IMG/VR virus record: IMGVR_UViG_3300033061_001635
Span: 1 to 64,000 of that record
Source: a virus
Taxonomy: Duplodnaviria; Caudoviricetes
Strand: one strand, 5' to 3'
DNA length: 64,000 nucleotides
This document shows positions 1 to 10,030 of the stretch, piece after piece. The stretch's first letter is position 1. Every line of letters starts with the position of its first letter. The notes under the pieces were generated by a model. The model saw only the letters and a list, made by a program, of their open reading frames with translations. It was not told the DNA's origin and made no database searches. A program made the translations under genes and the position numbers.

Positions 1-400
1 GACCACCCGGACCACCACCCGGACCACCACCCGGACCGCCGGGACCACCCGGACCACCACCCGGACCGCCGTCGCCACCAAGTCCGCCGTCGCCACCAAG
101 TCCGCCGTCGCCACCCGGACCACCACCCGGACCACCCGGACCGCCGGGACCACCGCAAACTCGTACTCCTAATCCTACTCCTCGCCCAACGAGTACTCCT
201 GAGCCAACACCGGAACCACCATCGCCACCAAGTCCGCCATCGCCACCAAGTCCGCCATCGCCACCAAGTCCGCCATCGCCACCAAGTCCGCCGTCGCCAC
301 CAAGTCCACCAAGTCCACCCGGACCACCCGGACCACCACCCGGACCACCACCCGGACCGCCGGGACCACCCGGACCACCCGGACCACCGGGACCAGGAGG
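1..400 (+). repeat. GC-rich coding tandem repeats (GGACCACCC / GGACCACCACCC units; TCGCCACCAAGTCCGCCR 18-mers)
   Basis: Directly visible; encode GPP/GPPP and SPPSPP repeats. Confidence 0.95.
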
Positions 401-869
401 GCCAGAAGCATGGATGTGCGAAGGTCGTATAAGCGGATGCAACAAATGCTATGGATGCGAAGGATATGGCAGTTATGAGTCATGTATGCAATCATGTGTT
501 CCAGAAACTTGCAATCCGCCATGCAGTGTCAATGATTGTGAAACCTGTATAGACGCAAACTGTGTTATGATATGTAGAACAGAATTATGTTATGAATGTT
601 TCGATGGGGAATGTACACAGACTTGTGAAAAATGGTTCCCGGTACAACAAGCTAATGGGGCAGTGATCTTTTATTATAGTCTTGATGTTTGCATACAAGG
701 AGATTGTATACCGTGTGGAACCAGGACTTACACTTATTCCGCTGCCCAACATGATTGGATTGCTAACGCCTATACTGGACCAGGTGCTTGTGAGTGTGAT
801 ACTGCAGGAGATGATCCCGGTTTTGATGGCCAAACAGTAGTTCGGCCTTGTTATATATCTAAGAATTGA
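1..869 (+). CDS. 5'-truncated Pro/Gly/Ser-rich (extensin-like) protein with C-terminal Cys-rich domain; probable virion surface/fibre protein
   Basis: The frame starting at nt 3 is open and continuous with ORF 414..869: PPGPPPGPP, PSPPSPP, TPNPTPRPTSTPEPTPEP, then a domain with about 20 Cys. Confidence 0.75.
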   Translation, partial: PPGPPPGPPPGPPGPPGPPPGPPSPPSPPSPPSPPSPPGPPPGPPGPPGPPQTRTPNPTPRPTSTPEPTPEPPSPPSPPSPPSPPSPPSPPSPPSPPSPPSPPSPPGPPGPPPGPPPGPPGPPGPPGPPGPGGPEAWMCEGRISGCNKCYGCEGYGSYESCMQSCVPETCNPPCSVNDCETCIDANCVMICRTELCYECFDGECTQTCEKWFPVQQANGAVIFYYSLDVCIQGDCIPCGTRTYTYSAAQHDWIANAYTGPGACECDTAGDDPGFDGQTVVRPCYISKN

Positions 870-935
870 TAGAATGCTTTTTGTTATTTTATAACTATAA
901 TAATAATATTACCCTAAAACCCAAAGGACTAATTT

Positions 936-1541
936 ATGAAACTTGACAACATTATAACAATTCAACCACCCCCATACTCAGATAATTCTGGAAAAATTAT
1001 TAATCCACCATTAATTAATTTAAATAATTTAGAGTTTATTTTTACAGACAATCCGCAATTTAAGACCATATCTGCCAGAACACAACAGCTTCCTCAAATT
1101 AATATAACCATTTGGAATAATACAGAATATGATCAAATTGGAGACTGGACAAAAAAACAAGCAGAAGCTAAAATTAAAGTATTAATGGGAGATGATCCTG
1201 CTAAATATCTACGATCTTTATATCCAAAAACATTAGAAGAGAATCCTAATCATCCCGGCACCATATTATCAAAAATGATTAAAAGTGTTGGAATTCAGAT
1301 GACAGATAGTTGTTCATGTAAGCGTCATGCTTTAGAAATGAATGAAGCAGGAAATGACTGGTGTGAATATAATATAGACACAGTTGTAGGATGGTTAAGA
1401 GATGAAGCAAAGAAAAGAAATCTACCATTTATTGACGCTATAGGTAAACTTTTAGTTAACAGAGCTATAAAAAAGTCTCGCAAATTACTAGCCAATGAGC
1501 CTGTTCCAGATAACGACGAAGAATTAGATTCTATTGTATAA
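936..1541 (+). CDS. hypothetical protein with CSC...WC motif
   Basis: 201-aa ORF with AAGGA Shine-Dalgarno upstream. Confidence 0.7.
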   Translation: MKLDNIITIQPPPYSDNSGKIINPPLINLNNLEFIFTDNPQFKTISARTQQLPQINITIWNNTEYDQIGDWTKKQAEAKIKVLMGDDPAKYLRSLYPKTLEENPNHPGTILSKMIKSVGIQMTDSCSCKRHALEMNEAGNDWCEYNIDTVVGWLRDEAKKRNLPFIDAIGKLLVNRAIKKSRKLLANEPVPDNDEELDSIV

Positions 1542-1545
1542 AAAT

Positions 1546-1914
1546 ATGTTTAGTTTATACTCTAGTAGATCTTCAAATTGGAATAAAATTAGAAAAAAAC
1601 ATTTAGAAGAAAATAATAGTTGTTGTGGGTGTGGTAAAACAGATAAATTAGAAGTTCATCATATTGAACCATATCATGTTAATTCAAATAGAGAATTAGA
1701 TCCTTCAAATTTAATCACATTATGTAAAAGTTGTCATTTTACTATTGGTCATTTAATGGATTGGAGCAGTTGGAATATTGACGTTATTAGTGATGCAAAG
1801 GTGTATTTAAATAAGGTGAAAAATAGACCTTATCAAATAAAGGTTCAAAGCAATGAAAACTCTATTATTTATAATTGCTTTAACGGTGTCATTAAGTTCT
1901 TATGGTGGGACTAG
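1546..1914 (+). CDS. HNH endonuclease
   Basis: CxxC...LEVHHI...NLITLCKSCH; ATG at 1546 preferred over TTG at 1534. Confidence 0.85.
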   Translation: MFSLYSSRSSNWNKIRKKHLEENNSCCGCGKTDKLEVHHIEPYHVNSNRELDPSNLITLCKSCHFTIGHLMDWSSWNIDVISDAKVYLNKVKNRPYQIKVQSNENSIIYNCFNGVIKFLWWD

Positions 1915-2593
1915 AGATCCGAGAATTCCTGATCAGACTTATTTAGACTATGGATCAAAATTTAAATGTGTTGTTCCTATTTGTGGAACATATGAGAATA
2001 ACGAAAAATATTGTGCTTCTGGCGTAGCGATCAAACCAAAATGGATATTAACAGCAGCACATGTTATAAAATCAGCAAAAACTTGCAATATAAAGATCAA
2101 TAATGAGATTATAGAAGCTTCAATGATGATACCTCATGCAGATTTTAATTCTGATAATTTTGGATATTATGATATTGGATTAATATATTTTGAAAAAGAT
2201 TTATCTTTAGATGCTTATGCTGAGTTATACACAGACAAAGATGAGGTTGGGAAAATTTGTGGCATAGCTGGGTATGGTATCACAGGAACTTTTGAAACAG
2301 GATCTGTCCTATCTGACTCACAAAAAAGAGGAGGATCTAATAAGGTAAATTATATTGATAGGCATTTATTAATATGTGATTTAACAGACGAGTATACTCC
2401 TATAGAATTTTTAATAGCCAGCGGAGATAGTGGTGGTGGATTATTTATAGATAAAAAATTAGCCGGAGTTAATTCCTGCGTAATGACAGTAGGCAAAAAA
2501 CCAAATTCAGCCTATGGTTCAGAAAGTGGCCATACTAGAATAAGTTTAAATACACAATGGATTATGGAGCAAATAAATAAGCATGAGAAATAA
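1853..2593 (+). CDS. secreted trypsin-like (S1) serine protease
   Basis: Signal-peptide-like N-terminus; LTAAH, DIGL and GDSGGG triad motifs. Confidence 0.9.
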   Translation: MKTLLFIIALTVSLSSYGGTRDPRIPDQTYLDYGSKFKCVVPICGTYENNEKYCASGVAIKPKWILTAAHVIKSAKTCNIKINNEIIEASMMIPHADFNSDNFGYYDIGLIYFEKDLSLDAYAELYTDKDEVGKICGIAGYGITGTFETGSVLSDSQKRGGSNKVNYIDRHLLICDLTDEYTPIEFLIASGDSGGGLFIDKKLAGVNSCVMTVGKKPNSAYGSESGHTRISLNTQWIMEQINKHEK

Positions 2594-3503
2594 TCGAGTA
2601 TCTCTTTTACCATATATCTCAGAAGAACTTTATGGATTATCACCAAATGATCCCCAAGAATATGGATGGGAATTAACAAAATTTAATGTTCCAAGTATAT
2701 GGAATAAAAGTGATGGAGAAAATGTTGTTGTTGGAGTTATTGATACGGGGTGTGACCTTGATCATCCTGACTTACGGTCAAACTTATTAGAGGGAAAAAA
2801 CTTTATTAAAAGCGGTCCGCCAAATGACGATAACGGTCATGGTAGTCATGTTGCATCTACTATAGCGGCAATCAATAATGAAAAAGGAATTGTGGGAGTA
2901 GCACCAAAAACAAAGATTGTTCCTGTCAAAGCTCTTAATGAAAATGGTAGTGGATCTATAGATAATATTGTTAAGGCTTTATATTGGTGTGCAGATTTAG
3001 GATATATAGATTTTATAACAATGAGCTTAGGATCACCACAGCAATCGCAACCTTTAGAAGATGCTATTGACTATGCGAACAGCAAAGGTTGTATAGTATT
3101 TTGTGCGGCAGGGAATAGCGGAGAAAATGCAGAAATTATGTATCCTGCAAAATACGAAAAAACTATTAGTATCGGAGCAATTGATAAAAATTTAGATAGA
3201 ACAAAGTTTACTTGTAGTGGAGAATCTTTGGATTTTTTAGCTCCTGGACATGAAATATTAGGATGTATACCCGGTGGTAAATATGCTATAATGAGTGGAA
3301 CTAGTATGAGTAATCCTTTTGCAGTTGGGTGTGCGTCTTTATTATTAAGTTATAATAAAAAGACCAACAGACATAGTTTAAAATCATACAAAGACTATAT
3401 AGAAGTTTTAAAAAGAAGCTGTATAAAGCTATCTAATCCACAATACAGAGGGATTAGAAGATACGAAGGTTATGGAATAATAGATCCATCAAGACTATTT
3501 TAG
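2583..3503 (+). CDS. subtilisin-like (S8) serine protease
   Basis: VIDTG, GHGSHVA, AAGN and SGTSMS motifs. Confidence 0.95.
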   Translation: MRNNRVSLLPYISEELYGLSPNDPQEYGWELTKFNVPSIWNKSDGENVVVGVIDTGCDLDHPDLRSNLLEGKNFIKSGPPNDDNGHGSHVASTIAAINNEKGIVGVAPKTKIVPVKALNENGSGSIDNIVKALYWCADLGYIDFITMSLGSPQQSQPLEDAIDYANSKGCIVFCAAGNSGENAEIMYPAKYEKTISIGAIDKNLDRTKFTCSGESLDFLAPGHEILGCIPGGKYAIMSGTSMSNPFAVGCASLLLSYNKKTNRHSLKSYKDYIEVLKRSCIKLSNPQYRGIRRYEGYGIIDPSRLF

Positions 3504-3504
3504 C

Positions 3505-3867
3505 TTATCTTCTTATAATAATAATTTGATTATAATTATTATACTGATTTACGCCGTATGGTTGATAGTACGAAGGATTTCTATAATAGGGATTTCTACT
3601 ATATTGGTCTCTAATTTTTTGTAATCTAGCATTTTCGGCCATTTGTTCTGATTCTTCATGATAATTATCAGATATTTGAGACCTTCGTTCTGTATCACGC
3701 AAAGACCCAGGGTTGGAAAACCCTCCATTTGGATTTGTCGAATAATAAAAAAAACTAGATATACTATCAGATAACATAGCATTTTCTGGATTTGACCATT
3801 GCTGTGCCAAGCAAGTAGTTGTAGACAGTATGAATGAACAAACGAATGTAAAAATTAGATGTTTCAT
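3505..3867 (-). CDS. secreted hypothetical protein with Tyr/Asn-rich tail
   Basis: Start MKHLIFTFVCSFILSTTTCLA gives a signal peptide; lies just downstream of a promoter-like element. Confidence 0.65.
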   Translation of the reverse strand: MKHLIFTFVCSFILSTTTCLAQQWSNPENAMLSDSISSFFYYSTNPNGGFSNPGSLRDTERRSQISDNYHEESEQMAENARLQKIRDQYSRNPYYRNPSYYQPYGVNQYNNYNQIIIIRR

Positions 3868-3873
3868 ACTCTT

Positions 3874-3901
3874 ATGATATAACAAAAAAACACAAAAGCA
3901 A
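3874..3901 (-). promoter_or_regulatory. sigma70-like promoter TTGCTT-16-TATCAT, probably leaderless
   Basis: -10 ends 6 nt before the ATG at 3867; no SD. Confidence 0.45.
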
Positions 3902-4011
3902 CACAAACTTTTATTGGTCAATCTTATAAAAACATGGACACAAGATTTTCTTAAAAGACCATTATCGAAAAAGTCAACACCATCACATTGTAAAAATCTG
4001 ATAAGTTCAAA

Positions 4012-4881
4012 TTAATACTCAATTAGGGGTACTTTTTTTACCATATGCGCATAATAATTAAATAAGCTAATATATTGATGATTGCCAGCATAGTGTATTT
4101 TATCCGCACATGCCATTATAATCATTTCAGCAGCAAGGTCGATAGCTCTATTTTCATCATTAGTGGCTATGCCAATCCCATCTGTAATATCTAAATTTAT
4201 ATTTTTATATGTTATACATTTATTTATTAAATTGTTTGTTATATATTTTTTAATTTGTTCAGAATTTGCTGTTAAAAAAATTAATTTATTAGAATTTAAA
4301 TTTGTTTTAATTTTTTGTATTTTTGACTCAAGATGGTTTTGGTCTATATTATATAAATATCTGTAGTAGATACATTCAAATGGAGCATTTAAATTTTTAT
4401 CAATGAATACTTTTACTTGATCTAAAATATTGTTATTGAATATTCTCAAATCAAAATCTGGGATAGGTTCTGATTTTCTAGAAGAAGGATCTCTATAGTC
4501 AAATTTCATATAGTCAATAGTGAGATGATCGGGGCTGTTACTATAAATTTCCCAGTATCCCCTGTTATCATTTTTAGTGTAGTCATTAATAGCAGAATAT
4601 TTTTTATAATAAGATTCTTTATTAAATACTATATTATTATGAGGTAAATTATTAACAATATTATTTTGATATTTCTGAATATAAAATTCATCGAAGTATT
4701 GATCGAAGAACGAGATATTCAAAAGTTTAGTCAAAATATTTGTCTGATATTCTTCTATTACGAAAATAGTATGATATTGAAAATTTTCTTTAAGAAATTT
4801 ATTTAAGTGACAAATAGCATATATTTTTACGATAAAGTCACCTATGCCCATACCGTAATCTGTAGAAAATAATATTTTCAT
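4012..4881 (-). CDS. putative glycosyltransferase (O-fucosyltransferase/NodZ-like, GT-B)
   Basis: N-terminal GMGIGD, central IYYR, IFLTANS and C-terminal AAEMIIMA...SLF resemble GT11/GT23 motifs; glycan-cluster context. Confidence 0.55.
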   Translation of the reverse strand: MKILFSTDYGMGIGDFIVKIYAICHLNKFLKENFQYHTIFVIEEYQTNILTKLLNISFFDQYFDEFYIQKYQNNIVNNLPHNNIVFNKESYYKKYSAINDYTKNDNRGYWEIYSNSPDHLTIDYMKFDYRDPSSRKSEPIPDFDLRIFNNNILDQVKVFIDKNLNAPFECIYYRYLYNIDQNHLESKIQKIKTNLNSNKLIFLTANSEQIKKYITNNLINKCITYKNINLDITDGIGIATNDENRAIDLAAEMIIMACADKIHYAGNHQYISLFNYYAHMVKKVPLIEY

Positions 4882-4886
4882 AAAAT

Positions 4887-5837
4887 TTATATTATGTTAT
4901 CTCTAATTAAACAATTGTGTAAAAACTCTATTTGTTTATCTGGAAGAGCATTATTTTCAAACCATTTACTAGCATTATTTAATATATATTTTTCTTCTTC
5001 GTCAGAGATATTGTTAATTTTATCTATAATATATTTAGCTATTTCTTCTTTTTTTTCTGGGTAATAGATATTATTTTGAACAAAATTATCTAATATAGTT
5101 TTATAATGAACATCTTCTTGTAGTTTGTCCTTAGTTATTAAATTCATTGGCTCCCTGATACATAGGGTTTCTGTGCCGAAATACTCTAGATCCCTGTAGC
5201 AAATTTGGGCAACACCATTAATAGAGAGACCATATTTGTGTTCGCATAATTCTTGATAATAGTCTTGTTTAGACCTATAGTCTGGCGATTTGCTCTTGTT
5301 CCTCATCACAAAAAAAGAATTATCTTTTAAATGATTAACATAATGTTCTCTATGACCATAGCATAAGCCATTAAAATAACAGTTTTTATTTTTCTTAGTA
5401 ACATTTTTATATTTAGATATTAAATCATGATCATTCCAATTCTCTAAAATATAAAAAGAAGGTATTAAATTTATATTGTTAATTTTATATCTGTTTATTA
5501 CTTCTTGTGTATGATGAGGGCAAAAGGCAAACGCTTTTATGTTTAATTTTTGCAAAGCATCCTTGTGCTCCATCAATACAGGGGCGTAGTCTGCTAAAGA
5601 ATGTAGGAATCCTACCTTCGTTTCTGTATTATAAACAATTAAGCTATAAATATTAAAAACAGAAGCGAGAGTATTGGGTCTGACATCTAGCGGTTCATTA
5701 TATTCTTTTGCCATTTCTGATAAAGATTTTATTTGTATATTTTTATATAAAGAACTCATATGATTTGCAAACGAATGATATAGTTCCCCGACATACCAGT
5801 TGTGTTGGTATCTGTTATATGATATTATTATACTCAT
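4887..5837 (-). CDS. putative glycosyltransferase (exostosin/GT47-like C-terminus)
   Basis: YFNG...R, YYQEL..HKYGLSING....YRDLE pattern. Confidence 0.55.
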   Translation of the reverse strand: MSIIISYNRYQHNWYVGELYHSFANHMSSLYKNIQIKSLSEMAKEYNEPLDVRPNTLASVFNIYSLIVYNTETKVGFLHSLADYAPVLMEHKDALQKLNIKAFAFCPHHTQEVINRYKINNINLIPSFYILENWNDHDLISKYKNVTKKNKNCYFNGLCYGHREHYVNHLKDNSFFVMRNKSKSPDYRSKQDYYQELCEHKYGLSINGVAQICYRDLEYFGTETLCIREPMNLITKDKLQEDVHYKTILDNFVQNNIYYPEKKEEIAKYIIDKINNISDEEEKYILNNASKWFENNALPDKQIEFLHNCLIRDNII

Positions 5838-6427
5838 TGTTTAATGGCTCTGCTAGTATAAGGATCCTCGGCAATAGAATGATCAACCCAATAGCCTTTA
5901 TTTTCTAAAAACTTTTGAATTAAATATTTATCTATATGTAAATATTCATAAAAAATAGTTGATATATTATATTTTTCAAAATCAATTGAATAAATAATTT
6001 TGTCATCAAACCCCTCAGTGTCTACTGCTAAAATGTCTATATGGGATAAATTGTATTTACTAAATAATTCATTAATATTATAACAGTCTATTAGATTGAA
6101 TTTCATATCTTCCGTTTTATAATGATTTCTAATACGAGAAGCGTGTTGTGGATTTAAACTAGCTAATTCGTAAGCATTCTGATGAATAGAATCTAATTCA
6201 TGATACCATATTTTTTCTTGTTCATTATGATGTTTTTCTGGAACTATAATAATATTTTCCACAAATAGTTGATTTATATATTCTTTATAGCAGCTCATAA
6301 TACTATCGTTATGATAAGAAAACGGTTCGACTAGAATTAATTTTTGGATTTTTTCTAGTTTATAAGACTTAATTATAGAAGTTAAATAATCATAACTTTT
6401 GTTAGTGCCTATTTGTATAATATTCAT
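5834..6427 (-). CDS. FkbM-family methyltransferase
   Basis: IIQIGTN, LVEP, IDILAVDTEGFD, IFYE. Confidence 0.85.
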   Translation of the reverse strand: MNIIQIGTNKSYDYLTSIIKSYKLEKIQKLILVEPFSYHNDSIMSCYKEYINQLFVENIIIVPEKHHNEQEKIWYHELDSIHQNAYELASLNPQHASRIRNHYKTEDMKFNLIDCYNINELFSKYNLSHIDILAVDTEGFDDKIIYSIDFEKYNISTIFYEYLHIDKYLIQKFLENKGYWVDHSIAEDPYTSRAIKQ

Positions 6428-6428
6428 T

Positions 6429-7256
6429 TTATAAAAATTGTTGATATATAGGATTAGATGTAATATTGTATTGTTTTATTATAGAGTTAACTGTATTTTT
6501 ATTATTATTATGAGTATTAAGATTAAATTTTCCTCCTCTAACTATTTCACTATATAATAGTATATAGTAATCATCTATTCCATTATGGGTGTCAAAAGCA
6601 TAGTTCCCAAACAAAGAGCTATCAAATACGAAACTATGAGGAGTCCAATTATAATCCCAACCACTAGATAATGGTTGATTTTTTCTATTTTTAAAATTTG
6701 TAGTATCTAATATCGGCAAAGTAAGTCTTTGATTGCTGTCTATGATTTGTAAGAAGAAGTCTTTATTCCATATGCAAGGTTGCATACTAAAACTATAAAT
6801 ATAAGACATCGGATTTAACTGCATAATATCTGGTAAGTCATAAGATTCTGTATCATTATTTTTAGAACCATAAAACTGAGGATGCCCAATAAGAGACATG
6901 TATCCAATGTCTTTATCTTCTATATAACAAAGTAATTTAATTAAATTATTAATTTTAAAGGGTTTTATTAAATAATAGTCTTCAGAAAAATATAAAAAGT
7001 ATTTTGTTTTTACATGATTATTCAATAGGGTTAACATAACATTTCTGAAGTGAGAACCGTCATTTTTAAAAGGAGTATTAGTATCTATGATTTTAAAATC
7101 ACAATAATCTAAATCAAAGTTTTTATTTAATCTGTTAGTAGCAAGATATTTAGGCACAGATAGCTTGAAATATTCTAATACCTTGTCTACAGAAAGCTTA
7201 GCTATAGGCAAATATTTTTCATTAGTATACATTACAAAAGATAAATTTTTAATCAT
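6429..7256 (-). CDS. putative GT-A glycosyltransferase
   Basis: YFLYFSEDYYL (DxD-like) and SMQPCIWNKDF; cluster context. Confidence 0.5.
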   Translation of the reverse strand: MIKNLSFVMYTNEKYLPIAKLSVDKVLEYFKLSVPKYLATNRLNKNFDLDYCDFKIIDTNTPFKNDGSHFRNVMLTLLNNHVKTKYFLYFSEDYYLIKPFKINNLIKLLCYIEDKDIGYMSLIGHPQFYGSKNNDTESYDLPDIMQLNPMSYIYSFSMQPCIWNKDFFLQIIDSNQRLTLPILDTTNFKNRKNQPLSSGWDYNWTPHSFVFDSSLFGNYAFDTHNGIDDYYILLYSEIVRGGKFNLNTHNNNKNTVNSIIKQYNITSNPIYQQFL

Positions 7257-8194
7257 AAAATATCTGCTATATTATTAACAATAGATATATAAAATGGTTT
7301 ATACTTACAAACTCTCAGACCTTCGGCAACTGCAAATTTTATCACATTATTTCCAAATACATCTAATATTTTTTTAGCAGAATGAAAATCATTATTGTAA
7401 GCGATATAACTGAAAAATGCTTTACCAGCGTCTGTCAAATAGCTTCCAAAAATATATTTATAATTTGGATCAATTAAATATACACCTTTATTATTTTTTA
7501 ATATATTTGATATGCTTAAATCTCCATGAAAAAATGTTCCATCATGCTCTGGAAGATTTTGTATAATTTGTTTTGTTTTAGAGCTACAATAATTAATTGG
7601 CAATAAATTATTTATATATGTTTCAAACGGATAATTATGTATATTATTACGTTTAAACAAATTAATAATATCAATAATATCTGTGATATCTAGTTGATTA
7701 GAATTTTGGATTCTGGACGTAATAATTGTATTATCATTACAAAATAATATTTCAGGAACATTTACTATGTTTTTAGCTATAATATACCATTCTTTTTCTA
7801 ATAAAGAAGTTTTACATTTTTTAATAACGCGAGTATCTGTAAAAATAATTTGATTTTTTGTAAAATCACTTATTTGTCCATAAAAATTATCATATTCATT
7901 TATTGTCATATCATCAATATATAAATCAGCATATTCTTTATTAAAAGAAATTTCATCGTAAGGAACATTGTATATATCACAAAATTCTTTGATTAAATGT
8001 AAATATTTTTTTTCTTTTTCGGTTGTTGATAATTTACCTTTTGCACCTCTAGCTGTAACTATTTTTATATAAGTATTTGATGTTTTTTTAAGATGATGTA
8101 ATCTATTAATTAAAATATAATTAGGTTCTGATAAAGTAATATGACTTTTATTTCCTAATGCCAGTGTTCCATCAAAATCTACTGATATAATCAT
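7253..8194 (-). CDS. HAD phosphatase fused to APH/choline-kinase-like domain
   Basis: VDFDGT, TAR and YIDD HAD motifs; C-terminal HGDLSISN and LIDP kinase motifs. Confidence 0.8.
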   Translation of the reverse strand: MIISVDFDGTLALGNKSHITLSEPNYILINRLHHLKKTSNTYIKIVTARGAKGKLSTTEKEKKYLHLIKEFCDIYNVPYDEISFNKEYADLYIDDMTINEYDNFYGQISDFTKNQIIFTDTRVIKKCKTSLLEKEWYIIAKNIVNVPEILFCNDNTIITSRIQNSNQLDITDIIDIINLFKRNNIHNYPFETYINNLLPINYCSSKTKQIIQNLPEHDGTFFHGDLSISNILKNNKGVYLIDPNYKYIFGSYLTDAGKAFFSYIAYNNDFHSAKKILDVFGNNVIKFAVAEGLRVCKYKPFYISIVNNIADIL

Positions 8195-8733
8195 TATACA
8201 AATTCTATAGCAGACATATAGTCTTCTATATCTCCTAGTCTTTTAAAAGTATTCTCATATATTATATCTGAACCTATCATTCCAGACGCTATACTATTGG
8301 GATCAGTCATATTTGATATTGTTTTAGACAAATTTTTAATATAGTATATTCCACTACATTTAATATTTGATATATTATTTTTTTCGCTACAACCTATAAC
8401 TTTATTATTAGAATCAACAGACAGAGACCCGTATTTATTTATGCATGAGTGAAAAACAAAAATACAATCATTATTAGTATTAATTTTATTAATATTAAAT
8501 TCAAAAGGTATTATATCACAATCTATAATTAGTATATCTGTTTGCTGTGGTATTAATGATAAGGTAGATTTTCTATTTTTTGTTTTATTATGCCCAATTA
8601 ATTTAGCTTGTGGAATAATATCTAAAATCCATTCATATATTCTTTTATTTTTATAATATAATAAATACTTATCTATTGGACTTATATTTTTTAATCTTGA
8701 TCCTAGTCCGCCTATAGTAATATAACTATTCAT
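8194..8733 (-). CDS. short NTP transferase (sugar/alcohol-phosphate nucleotidyltransferase)
   Basis: GGLGSRLK...K, DCD, SEK, SGIYY and LG..EDY motifs. Confidence 0.8.
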   Translation of the reverse strand: MNSYITIGGLGSRLKNISPIDKYLLYYKNKRIYEWILDIIPQAKLIGHNKTKNRKSTLSLIPQQTDILIIDCDIIPFEFNINKINTNNDCIFVFHSCINKYGSLSVDSNNKVIGCSEKNNISNIKCSGIYYIKNLSKTISNMTDPNSIASGMIGSDIIYENTFKRLGDIEDYMSAIEFV

Positions 8734-8734
8734 A

Positions 8735-10030
8735 CTATAAATTTCCAGTTATTGGATCAGCCCATCCTTTACTAATACTATGAGGCCAAACAATCCAGCT
8801 AGAAGGTTTGACTAATGTTTGAAATTCTCGCCAAACTTTACAATATTTATCAGGATCACTTTTCATTTGTTTTATCTCATCAGCATCAGCATCTTTTCTA
8901 TATAAATCTTCTCCATTAGAATCTTTGAAAGCAACGGCCCAAAAATCATAGTCATTTTCTGGAACTTGATCATATCCTATATCTATACAATGTTTAAATA
9001 TATGCAGTAAACTTTTATCGAATTCTTCGTCAGAAGCATTTTGGTTAGGGTCCGGCGGAGGTTTGTGATCTTTTACTTGTTGGGTTATTGCTCTCTTAGA
9101 GAAAGATAATCCACTATATTTTTCATAATTTTTTAAAGTTCTTATTTTACCAAATCCATATTTTCCAAAGTCTATATCTCTTTTTTCGCCATCCATTTCA
9201 AAAAGTTTTCTATTTTTTAGATGACAATAACTATTTTTCTCTCCCCATTTTTTATCATCATCCCACTGTTTTGCTCGTCCTCTTCTGGTATACTCATGCC
9301 AGCAAACTACTTTATGAGGATGAAATATATCATATCCATGAGTATATGCCCTTACTGCTATGCTAATTTCTTCACCATGAAAATAATATTCTGGATCATG
9401 TTGAACCTCTTCTGAGAATTGTCCAACACTAAAAGCAAAATGCGCACTATAAAATCTACCAGGTAAAGGCTGACTTTTATCATCCCAAGAGTCAAAAGAT
9501 GCCGGTAAAAAGAATACGGCACCTTCTGGTATGAATCTATCAAAATTCATTTTCCATGGTTCTTGTACTCTATTAGCAGGATCATTGTCAGGATCAAAAC
9601 TTGGTATATATGATGTTATTAATGGTTTTTTATGACCTTTTTTTTGCAAAAGTTTAATCATATTTATTAGCTCTTCATCCCAATTTTGAGCAAACCTATG
9701 ATGGCTATCTAGCTGTAATGTATATTTTTCACCAGCATATTCTTGTTGCACCATATTTCTGGCCCAGCAAACACCTTTTGCATCAAGATAATTAACATTA
9801 ATTATTTTAAATCTATCATCTTGTTTATATTTGTCCAGGTTGTCCCACGCATCATTATCAGAATGTTGCCAACAAATACATACTCGTAAATTTTCCGGAT
9901 ATTTAGCCTTACTAATCATATCTTCTAAGGTTGGAACCAACTGAGGATCCCTATATGATGCTATTTGTATAAAAATAGTATCTTTTTTATTTTTAGATAT
10001 TCTAGTTTTCTTTTCTCTCTTCTGCTTCAT
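8735..10030 (-). CDS. GT60-like GlcNAc transferase (Skp1 hydroxyproline GlcNAc-transferase family)
   Basis: TIFIQIASYRD, AKGVCWAR, LQLDSHHRF and FHGEEI..AVRAYTHGYD hallmark motifs. Confidence 0.85.
   Translation of the reverse strand: MKQKREKKTRISKNKKDTIFIQIASYRDPQLVPTLEDMISKAKYPENLRVCICWQHSDNDAWDNLDKYKQDDRFKIINVNYLDAKGVCWARNMVQQEYAGEKYTLQLDSHHRFAQNWDEELINMIKLLQKKGHKKPLITSYIPSFDPDNDPANRVQEPWKMNFDRFIPEGAVFFLPASFDSWDDKSQPLPGRFYSAHFAFSVGQFSEEVQHDPEYYFHGEEISIAVRAYTHGYDIFHPHKVVCWHEYTRRGRAKQWDDDKKWGEKNSYCHLKNRKLFEMDGEKRDIDFGKYGFGKIRTLKNYEKYSGLSFSKRAITQQVKDHKPPPDPNQNASDEEFDKSLLHIFKHCIDIGYDQVPENDYDFWAVAFKDSNGEDLYRKDADADEIKQMKSDPDKYCKVWREFQTLVKPSSWIVWPHSISKGWADPITGNL

Noticed and set aside
1-400. Possible CRISPR array or true collagen
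   Set aside because: No unique spacers between repeats; Gly periodicity is broken by PPP and SPP runs
175-522. Minus-strand ORF with VVRVVR/ADLVAM repeats
   Set aside because: Antisense shadow of the Pro-rich plus-strand repeats
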